This document shows positions 44,704 through 64,000 of a stretch of DNA of 64,000 bases, one piece after another. The notes under the pieces were generated by a model. That model did no database searches. It saw only the letters and a list, made by a program, of their open reading frames with translations, and was not told the origin of the DNA. Position 1 is the stretch's first letter, and the number at the start of each line of letters is the position of its first letter. The position numbers and the translations under genes are program-made. This DNA is from Sphagnum compactum (Eukaryota), in assembly GCA_965153455.1 (NCBI GenBank), contig OZ234493.1, forward strand, positions 16,730,213 through 16,794,212, written 5' to 3'.

Positions 44704-47700
44704 TTAAATGGCATAATGTGATGGTTCCCAGAAGAACCCTGTAAGATCTCAGGACAGCAGACCATTGTAACGTGGTATGGAAAGATAAGTAAATGATGAA
44801 AGTTTTTCAAATGCTCAAAAATCTTTTCACAAGGGGAGAGCATTTTCCTGTGTGAGTCAAGTCACAGTGAGTGCGAGTCAGTGCGCTCCGCCCTCATCTT
44901 ACACACCTCATGGCCAGGGTGAACCAGCACCTTACACCGATACGTTCACCTTTTTATTTGAGGCCTCTTAGTGACCATATTAAGCCCAGTAAAATATTAG
45001 ATTTAATATCAAAGACCCTATTTTATTCTCAGCATAGGTAATTGTAATATTCAGAAGCAATTTAAATGAATATTTGGGTTCTTACCATGTTACCAGTGTG
45101 AGTGCTGGGTCACCCAAGACAAGAAACTTGTGAGGAATCGCCAGTTTGAAAATCTGAGAATCTCAAGGCATCGCCTTTGCAATTGCATGGGAAATGCGAA
45201 CTGACAAATTCTTCTTGAAGTGCTTCTAAATGTTACAAATTTGCCTCATACATTTAAAGGCACAAAAGAATAGAAATGGACAAAATGCTCACATAGGAAA
45301 ATAACCAACAATTGTACACTGTACCTGAAAATAAATCAGCAATAAACTAATGTTAACAAACTTTTGGTAAATCTTCTCAAGGCAATTTCTTCTTTACTTC
45401 GAAAGGAGGCCCATTTTTTGTACTAACATGGTCTGTTGTGCAATATATATCCAGTAAGAGCAATTTCACATTATTTTTGTTTTCCAATGTGAATAGGGAA
45501 TAAGAATTCACAGTTTATTTACAAACGCATATTCATTGAGATTAATTCCAACAATTGTGCACATGCCATTTTATATCAACTTTGTACAAGAAATGATATG
45601 AATCAAATTGGGATTAAAAAATAACAAGGAAATAGTAGCCTTACAAGTTTTTACAAAATTAAATAAATTGTCAATATATAATTATATGGTATACTGGTTG
45701 TTGTATGTACTTTTTTTTCTTTTGTAAAGATCATGTTGATAGGTTGTGTTAATGGGATTTTTCTCTATGCCCATCAGTTTCCTACCCCCCAACTTCTTCA
45801 ATTATAAATTCTGAAACAACAAATACATCTGAAATCTAAAAATCTATGAACAACTTACAAGATGCACTTCTTTTGCCATAGTTTCAAAAAATCACACTTA
45901 GTTTGTTCTTGTGAGGGTGAGGGGTTCAACTCCCTGTAACATCCTAATGAAGTTAGACTAGATTTGGCTAGGTTACGTTTTCCTTAGGTAAGCAGGTTAA
46001 GCTTAGTATGTTTAGGTAGGTATCTTAGGCCACCTAGGCAACTTGGGTAAGGAAACTAGCTTTGTAGGTTCAGGTAGGAGTGGAGTCAGGGTGGCAAGCA
46101 TCCTTAGGTACATTTAGACAGATTTCATCAAGTTGGGGACATTATTTCAAAGTTGGGGACATTAAAACTGTAGCCAGTATACATTACCCTTTGCCCCCCC
46201 TCCCCCCCACCCCAGAATTGTTGTCATTTTTGGCGATTTTAAATGAAAAACCCCCTTTGTATTGATAGCCAGGGTATTTTAAAAATAAGAATCTGGGAAA
46301 AAAAAAACACAGTTCGGTAGGTTAACTTGGTGGGTTTGGGTAGGTACGTAAAAATGACAAGATCAAGTTCACCAACTTTTAAACCACCACATGGCACGAT
46401 CTCGATTCTTTCATCTGCCATGCGCTTGGGTGATGGGATGCAAACATAGTCACAGGTGCCATTATTTGGCTCCTTAGGATGTGGACATGTGTCATAATTT
46501 TTGATATTGTGGTAACTTTATATGGTGATTAGTACTTGACTCTAAAACATTGGATAGGTGATTTATTTGATTAAAGTTTGTCTTATAGATCATGGCCTTT
46601 TGACCACGAGTCGTCATATAGTCCATTGCCTATTCGACCAAGGCCTATCATAACAATTGTTTGCTAATTAAATTAAACTTACTCAAAGGAAACCATGACC
46701 TTTTAGATAAAAATTAATCACTTCGACCATATGTTAATGAAATTTTTTGGTTGTTTATCTTCTCACTGCCCTTGGTCTTTTTTATGATTTTATTCTTGAA
46801 TACACATTGGGTTTTTGACCCATCGTAATTCTAAATGAAATTGTGTTGTCATATTTCATGACCACTCCATGTTTTAGGCTAATTGGTTTTTTAAACCAAC
46901 CATGGTTTACAAATGTGTTAAATTGATCCCCTACAAACATAATTATTTTGTTGATAATTCAGGTCTACAAATGGTGACAAGGTTAATTAAGCATAATCAA
47001 ATAGTGGCAATGGTTACATGCTTAAATGGAATTCAGATTATATAATCACAAACCTATTACATTGTCCAAATATGTTTACATTGGCATCTAGAAAAAAGGT
47101 TCAAAAGATGTTCCATGTGACAAAAACACAGCATGATCTAATATCAACCAATAAATTGTCACTTCTAATATATACAATGACCGTGCAATCCCTACAAACA
47201 AGTTTTCATCTATTGCCTAAGTAGACTACAAACATGAACTATTTAGAAACAAGTATATCTTTCTTACGCCATAAGATGACACCATTTCCCATATCTTGCT
47301 AATAGTTGGGGTTGGGAAAGGTAACCTCACTATTCCTTTTTCATTACTTGTCACAACTATTTGGCTATAATTGAGGATCAAGCCAAGTATATTTGTGAAT
47401 ATACCATTGACAATGCACGGGGCAATGCACATGTGTAATTTGGAAGGGGGCTACTGTTGTTTGGACTCCACATTGACAAAGTTGAGAATTTTTGTGGGTT
47501 GGATACTTTTGGAACAAACTATATGTGTCAGGGCATGATTTGGGGACAAACTTTTGGCTCAATCATGATTATTTTGATTATAATAAATGTAATGGTTATA
47601 ATGGTTTAACATCCATAATGAAAATAGTACCAAGATGGATTTGGGTATGTTTTTGAGTGATGTAAGATCATCTTCACAATGATATAATCTAAGGGGAGGG

Positions 47701-48791
47701 GGAAACACTAGTAAAAAAGTAGAAAGTACATGAATAAAAATACAAGGTGCAATATATTGGTTGTTGGGTAAACATTGTAAGTTAATTAGTTAAAAAATAA
47801 GGTGCATTCTATTGAAATAATCAATTCAATTATAATATAGGGTATGTAATAATATGAAATAATGGATTGTAATCAATATAGGGTGGCTTTAATATGTATA
47901 CGTTAGAAAATTAGATAATAATAGGGTGATAAAAAATAGGTTGGATAATTATCTAAAGCCCCCCTAAGAAAGTTCATTTCACGCACGTAAATCCCAAACT
48001 TTTCACTAAGTGTCCCCTCGGGATATAATAAATCCATCGCTAACTTTTATCTTAAAATGAAGTAACAATTCACCTATACCACCATCATTTGATCCAACCT
48101 CTAGAAATCAAGCTTGCTCCAATGAAAAGCTTGTTCTTGCCTACAAATTATTATCATTCAATTCAAGAACAACATCATGGCCTTTGAACACAAGTTCATG
48201 ACATCTTGTTGCCCTTGAAGGAGAATCAATAGAATATTGGCATCTTTCGTTGTTCTAAATATTCATTAGTAGGTGCCATATTAAAGTGGAGAAAATATTT
48301 TGTTGTTAAAAAAGAATCTCAACTTTGTTACCAATTCCTACATATAGTCAAGACCTAATCACAAGGAATGATTAACAAAGCTTGAATTTTGGCGGATATG
48401 GTCTGTCACGATATTGACGATAAAAACAAATGTATTTGTTGTGTTGATAGACCTCCTTAAAACAAAGTGGAGGATCCTAAACATGATGCCGCAAACTATT
48501 ATGGGTATATGGTTGCATTGAACGAATCTAGGAACTAATTTGATGAAAACATTCTATTGAAAATAGTGAGTCTATTCAAGTTGTAGCACTTCATGCATTG
48601 TAGCCTTACCTTCATCGATTGTTGTCTTGTGTTGAAGAAAGTGCCAAGGTGGACAAACATCAAGAAGACTTGAAAAACCTTGTTTTTAAAATAATCCTTG
48701 GCAAATCGATGCCAAAAAGATAAAACAAACGTGTTATGTAATGTGCAAATCATGTTGTTCAATGGCCCATAAACATAAATGAGTCATCGTA

Positions 48792-57330
<8,539 letters not shown>

Positions 57331-57896
57331 GACTAGGAGCAAAACTTTGAAAGACTACCCACTATTGACCACTGCAAGCACAGAGACACAGACAAGCGTG
57401 GCTTAGTATCCTCAACATCAATTGAAAACAACAAAACTTCCCAAGTCTAGTATGCCGAATGCAAAAGAACTCTGATAAATTACAACACTTAAGGTCTTAG
57501 GTAGGGACATAAGCAAAAGTAGAGAGATATTGCCATGTGCTTGCATTTTGCTGGCACCTAGTTCAAATTTCCTCTGCATGGAAATTTCCTGTAACGTCTA
57601 GTCTCTTTGAAAGTCAAGCCAAACGCTGAATCTGCTAGGGCCAGAGCTTCACCAGCAGTAGACAAAAGCGTTGAAATTGACCAATTTGCCACCAATTGAA
57701 TACTAAAGACTGGAAAACTTCTTTTTCTTGGTGCTCTTGGTACGGACTTGGTGTTTATGTCAGTGACCCAAGTCAAAGAGGTAGCCTAAGGGAAAATTTC
57801 TTGGAGTACCGGTGAACCAGCACCCACAAGTGCACCATGCAGAATGAATGGTAAGTGCTCTGGAAACAGTTTTCTGTTGGGGTCCAGTTCCCTTGC

Positions 57897-58591
57897 ATCA
57901 AGAGCTGTGGGTTGTATCAGATTATTGATTACAGCATGCTCAGAAAATTCTGACTATGCGCCCCCGGGGAGAGTCACGATCAGTTCAGATACTTACATCG
58001 CAGACAACTGAATTCCTTATAAACAGAACACTTTTCCCTGCGCAAACCTCGCCATACACATGGTGTGAACCCATGTCAGAAGAAGACTTATCCAGAGATC
58101 ACAGCGGTTTTGAGCTCCAACCTCAGATTCTCGACGTCCGCGCAGCTGTCTCCTGCAATATTGTTCGAACGAGCTTCCAAGAAACTGCCATCTCGTGGCC
58201 TCGACTCCCTCAAGGACATCTATCCGTGAACAGTGAACTACTAGGTGGGTAAGCAGCTTGGAGCACAAGCTTCCAAACTCTTGAAGTGAATTGCAGTGCA
58301 GTGCAGTGCAGTGCAGTACTACAGTGCATTTGAAACGAAACCCCCCCTTTTTTTTCCCTCTCCCTGTTCCTTAACGACAGTTTCAGACGCGATGAAGCTG
58401 TGGTGACAGGAGTGATGGAAAGCTATGTACTGTCCCTTAGCTGACAGCAGGCTGACACCCAAAACCGTGTGCATGCAGGCCGGCAGGACGCGGCGAGCAA
58501 GTACTTACAGCTAGCTCCTAGAGGAACAAGTCCACGAGCTAGTAAAGAAGTACTGAAGCTCAACAGCAACAACCGCACGTCTACCGCCAGT
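57897..58591. other. ~0.7-kb insertion unique to unit C, upstream of RLK copy 3
   Basis: Lies between 'ccttgc' and 'cactggttag', which are 9 bp apart in units A and B (~20080-20090, ~42486-42496). More GC-rich than its flanks; contains (GCAGT)n; no TSD or TIR seen. Confidence 0.85.
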
Positions 58592-60115
58592 CACTGGTTA
58601 GTCCAATTACTTTTTTTAAAAACAGCCATTACCTATGTATAAATCTTCTACTTACATGCTAATTACCTGTAATGTTGGCATTGCCTAGCAAGGAAAGGAT
58701 ATTGTCTTTATATTCATTAGAGAGTATAATAGTTTGAGGGATTTTGGCTACTAGGTAACAGGTTTATTTTCATATGAGGATTTTTGAAAGATGATATTTT
58801 GGCTTGTGTTGAAACTTGAGATTAGTTATAGAGTTATATTATCTTGAAGGATTTTGATTTCTTTTAAAAGATTTTTTGAAGATTATTTTTTTGCATGGTG
58901 GAATATTTGAGTTTCTATAATTCTTCTTTTGCCTTCAGATACTTTTTAATGTAAATGGCAAGGCCAGAGTGGGGGACACACCCCTTGTTACCTATCTGCC
59001 AACAAATGGACAGCACCTACTTCTCACAGAATGGCTTACCAAGGTGAAACTAGGTAACTCACTTGAGGTCTACCCACTACTTATTCATAACAGGCATCCA
59101 GTGGATGGTGTACTGGTGCACACTGATTTGCTCTAGACCTGGAACAGGCTCTGGTAATGCCCATTACCACGTAATTAGAGCTGGGTTCACCCTACCGGCT
59201 TTGGTGCGTTCATAAATATACCCGGACTGTTCCAAAGTTGGTGACTTGTTTTGGTGTCCTGGAAAGGACCCATATATATAGGTTTTAGATTTTTTCCTTG
59301 GGTGGGACAAGCTGGTGCTTCCACTTGTGGTGCTGTCATCAACAGTGGAGAGCAACCTTTCATGATGTGAATCCACAGTGAGGACCACCAAGGAACATTA
59401 GTTACCTTTTGAAAGAAGCCCCCAGCTACAAATCTTTTATCACCTATTGAACATCAGCTCACAACATTCCTACGTGGAATGGGCCCCCTAAATGGAGGGT
59501 TTGGACTTAGTTCGTGTCTTATCCATGCATGAGTACTGTATCAGAGCTTGGACTTGGAGAACCATGTTTGGAAATGTCAATAGCAGTGCGTAGCATTCGT
59601 GGAAAATTACGTAATGGCTGCAAAGAATGTCAAGACAGGTGCGTAGGATTTGTGCAACTTTATGCTATCATGTCCATATTTGTCAAATCCACAATTGATT
59701 TCTGGTATCTCTCCATAGTTGAACATCACAATGATTGTCCAAGGTTGAGAAGTTTTTGTGCTTGAGATCGTACCAACTTGAGCCTAGGTGTCATATAAGA
59801 TACATTAATTAATAAGTTAAGTTAGGTTGATAAATAGATAATAAATAAGTAAGTAGGTAGCTAAGAAGTTGTTAATAGATAAAAGATAATAGTAGTGATG
59901 AAGTTGCAATTGAATCACAAGGTTATGACCACTTTCATTCTTGTGGGGTTTCTTTGGGTTTAGGTGTAAAATGCGGTTTTCCAACAGAAATTTACCACTT
60001 TGACAAATGAAAATTATTTTTAAAAAAACTGCACAAACCCATACAAAACCCTAAAATTGTTGTAATATGGCCCAATGCTTACTGAACACTTGCTGATGTA
60101 TGTCACAGAGAACAG

Positions 60116-60821
60116 ACATAATAGATGATTTTTAAAAGTATTTTTGTATTGGGGAGAGTCCTCTTCCAAGGGAGTTGGTGAACCTCTGTATCGCCCTTGT
60201 TGGCAGGACATCCATCCCTCGAGGAAGTGCTCGGGCCCTGTGAAGAGGACTTCAGGGGCATAAAGATTTTTCTGCTGAATCGCTTTACCATTTGTAATGG
60301 GGTTAGAGCATCTCCACAGCAAAACTGTAAAGAACTCCTTTATATTAAAAACATAATAGATGACTCTAAAAAGTATTTTGGTATTGGGGAGAATCCTCTT
60401 CCCAAGGGAGTTGGTGAACCTCCTTCTCGCGCTTGTTGGCACGACGTCCATCCCTCCAGGAAGTTCTTGGGCCCTGTGAAGACAACTTCAGGTGCTTAAA
60501 GATTTTTCTGCTGAAACGTTTTATCATTTTGAATGGGTTAGAGCATCTCCACCGCAAAACTGGAAAGAACTCCTTTATATTAAAAACATAATAGATGACT
60601 CTAAAAAGTATTTTTGTATTGGGGAGAGTCCTCTTCCCAAGGGAGTTGGTGAACCTCCTTATCGCGCTTGTTGGCACGACATTCATCCCTCCAGGAAGTC
60701 CTTGGGCCCTGTGAAGACAACTTCAGGTGCATAAAGATTTTTCTGCTGAAACGCTTTAGCATTTTGAATGGAGTTAGAGTATCTCCACCGCAAAACTGTA
60801 AACAAATACTTTATATGAAAA
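60116..60821. repeat. ~236-bp tandem repeat, 3 units
   Basis: Units start at 60116, 60351 and 60586; the TIR recurs at 60306, 60541 and 60777. Confidence 0.9.
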
Positions 60822-61077
60822 TAGAATAGTATTTAATGACCGCTATCCCCACCCACAAACGTCGTAAAAGTCCCTTTAAACACTCAAAGACCATTTATGT
60901 CTTTACATTTGGAGGACTAATACTCAATGTCCAAATCCATGGTATAAGAAAGGTTTTGAAGGGGTTCAAATGACCACTGCAAAATGGACATCAATACAGG
61001 AGAGCAGCAGGATTTAAGCTATCCTGCTGCAAGATTTAATGAATAGGGGTGTTTGCAAGCAAGCGGTGGAGATGCTC
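60777..61077. mobile_element. MITE family B, unit C copy
   Basis: TIRs slightly mutated (GAGTATCTCCACCGCA); TTA TSDs retained. Confidence 0.8.
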
Positions 61078-62286
61078 TTATATGGCATAATGTCATCGCT
61101 CCCATAAGAACCCTGTAAGACCTCAGGACAATAGACCCTTGTAAGGTGGTACGGAAAGATAAGTAAACGATGAAAGTTTTTCCAATGCTTCAAAGTCTTT
61201 TCACAAGGGGAGAGCATTTTCCTGCGTGAGTCAAGTCACTGTCAGTGAGTCGCAGTGAGTGCGACTCAGGGCGCTCCGCCCTCATCTTACACACCTCATG
61301 GCCAGGGTGAACCAGCACCTTGCACTGATAGCTTCACCATTTTATTTGGGGCCTCTTAGTGACCATATTAAGCCCCACAAATATTACATTTAATATCAAA
61401 GACCCTATTTTAATCTAAGCATGGGTATTTGTAATATTCCAAAGCAATTTAAATGAATTTTTGGGTTCTTACCATGCTACCAGTGTGGGTGCTGGGTCAC
61501 CCAACACAAGAAACTTGTGAGGAATCCCCAGTTTGAAAATCTGAGAATCTCAAGGCATCCCCTTTGCAATTTAATGGGAAATGCAAAATCATAAATTCTT
61601 CTTAAAATGCTTCTAAATGTTACAAATTTGCTACATACATTTAAAGGCACAAAAGAATAGAAACGGAAGCAATGCTCACATAGGAAAATAACCAACAATT
61701 GTACACTGTACCTGAAAATAAATCAGCAATAAACTAACGTGACAAAACTTTGGGTAAATCTTCTCAAGGCAATTTCTTCTTTACTTTCAAAGGAGGCTCA
61801 TTTTTTGTACTAACATGGTTTGTTGTGCAATATATATCCACTACGAGCAATTTCACATTATTTTTTGTTTTCCAATGTGAATAAGAAATAAGAATTCACA
61901 GTTTATTTACAATCGTATATTCATTGAGATTAGTTACAACCATTGTGCACATGCCGTTTTAGATCAACTTTGTACAAGAGATGATATCAATCAAGTTCGG
62001 ATTAAAAAATAACAAGGAAATAATAGCCTAACAAGTTTTTACAAAATTAAATAAATTATAAATATATAATTATATAGTATACTTGTTGTTGTGTGTAATC
62101 TTTTTTTCTTTTGTCAAGATCGGGGTGATAGGTTGTGTTAATGGGATTTTTCTCTATGCCCATCAGTTTCCTACTTCGCAACTTTTTCAATTATAAATTC
62201 TGAAACACCAAATACATCTGAAATCTAAAAATCTATGAACAATCCTACAAGATGCACTTCTTTTGTCATAGTTTCAAAAAATCAGA

Positions 62287-64000
62287 CTTAGTTTGTTCTT
62301 GCGAGGGGTTCAACTCCGTGTAACATCCTAATGAAGTTAGACTAGATTTGGCTAGGCTAGGTTTTCCTAGGTAGGCAGGTTAAGCTAAGTAGGTTTAGGT
62401 AGGTATGTTAGGCCATGTAGGCAACTTGGGTAGGGAAACTAGCTTGGTAGGTTCAGGTAGGCAAGATACATAGGTTTCTAGGTAGGTAGAAGTGTTTTTT
62501 TTTCAATTTTCGGATGGAGTTAGGGTGGCAAGCATCACTAGGTAGATTTAGACAGATTTCATCAAGTTGGAGACATTAATTTAAAGGACTCTTAAAACTG
62601 TAGCCCCCCCCCCCCATTGTTGTCATTTTTTCGCGATTTTAAATGACAAACCCTGTTTGTATTGGTAGCCAGGGAATTTTTAAATAAAAAATCTGGGAAA
62701 AAAAAACACAGGTCAGTAGCTTAACTTGGTGGGTTTGGGTAGGTAGGTATAAATGACAACTTCAAGTTCACCATCTTTGAAACCACCACATGGCACAATC
62801 TAGTTTATTTCATCTGCCATGTGGTTGGGTGATGGGATGCACACATAGTCACAGGTGCCATTAATTGGCTTCTTTAGATGTGGGCATGTGTCACAATTTT
62901 TGACATCGTGATAACTTTATATGGTGATTAGTACTTGACTCTAAAACATTGGTTAGGTGATTTATTTGATTAAAGATTGTCTTATAGATCATGGTCTTTT
63001 GACCAAGAGTCGTCATATAGTCCATTGCCTATTCGACCAAGGCCTATCATAAAAATTGTTTGCTAATTAAATTAAACTTAGTCAAAGGAAACAATGGCAT
63101 TTTAGATGGAAATTAATCACTTCGACCATATGTTAATTGATCATTCTTGGTTGTTCATCTTCTCACTGCCCTTGGTGTTTTCTATTATTTTATACTTGAA
63201 TACACATTGGGTTTTTGACCCATCCTAATTCTAAATGAAAATGTGTCGTCATATTTCATGATCACTCCATGTTTTAGGCTAATTGGTTTTTTAAACCAAC
63301 CATGTTTTACGATGTGTTAAAATTGATCCCCTACAAACATAATTATTTTGTTGATAATTCAGGTCTACAAATGGTGACAAGGTTAATTAAGCATAATCCA
63401 ATAGTCGCAATGGTTACATGCTTAAATGGAATTCAGATTATATAATCATAAACCTATTACATTGTCCAAATATGTTTACATTGGCATCTAGAAAAAAGGT
63501 TCAAAAGATGTTCCATGTGACAAAAACACAGCATGATCTAATATCAACCAATAAATTGTCGCTTCTAATATATACACTGACCCTGCAATCCCTACAAACA
63601 AGTTTTTATTTGTTGCCTAAGTATGCATCGACATGATTAAAAAATGCATCAATATCCATTGATGTTGGTTCCTTGAAACAATGATTTTAAATTATTAAAT
63701 CATTAATAATTTAAATAATGATCAATGAAAGAGAATTTTCAATTGACATTATTGTATGGTTTGTGAGATAATCATGAGAAAGTTGAATGTGCCTGTAACA
63801 TAAATTATGTGATTTAATTACATTGCTTTATAAGATTGTTAAATGGATTCACCTTGTAGACGATGCCAAAGCCACATTCTACAAGCTTGTTGCTTTGATG
63901 AAAATCTTTAGTTGTTGTCTTCAAAATATTATATGAATATAGTGTAGGTTGCACTTCTTTGTTTGCAAACTCCGTGAAAATTGACTTGTAAACTTAATAC
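62287..64000. repeat. Start of tandem unit D
   Basis: Same junction as unit C (aaaaatcaga|cttagtttg). Colinear with ~7623-8995, then deleted into RLK intron 13. Confidence 0.88.
63635..64000 (-). pseudogene. LRR-RLK copy 4, 3'-truncated remnant (continues beyond the window)
   Basis: Exon-13 homolog at 63853-63971 has G-loop GEGGFG>VECGFG and acceptor AG>GG. Exons 14-17 are absent because intron 13 is joined directly to downstream spacer at ~63623-63635. Confidence 0.85.

Noticed and set aside
57956-58268. 98-aa (+) and 83-aa (-) ORFs within the unit C insert
   Set aside because: No recognisable motifs; expected by chance in GC-richer DNA.

Overview
Eukaryotic, intron-rich, AT-rich land-plant DNA (bryophyte-like by my impression; not provable from sequence alone). 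The window starts with the 3' seven exons of a peroxisomal copper amine oxidase (CuAO; + strand, ends in SKL). The rest is a recent head-to-tail tandem array of a 17-exon LRR receptor-like kinase (- strand). Copy 1 (10570-19511, 871 aa) and copy 3 (48792-57330, 869 aa) splice by hand into intact ORFs. Copy 2 (33063-41915) is a pseudogene with at least four lesions. Copy 4 (right edge) has lost most of its kinase by deletion. The first duplication also carried a now-dead CuAO fragment (24026-26009). The most interesting signal is that the receptor copies are nearly identical in kinase and most LRRs but differ sharply in two short extracellular segments (the LRR C-cap loop and the juxtamembrane stalk), almost entirely by amino-acid-changing substitutions. 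Also present: Tourist/PIF-like MITEs, a ~236-bp repeat going 1-2-3 copies across the units, and a ~0.7-kb foreign insert upstream of copy 3 only. All exon models were derived manually without expression data. I see no novel multi-gene system beyond this receptor array.
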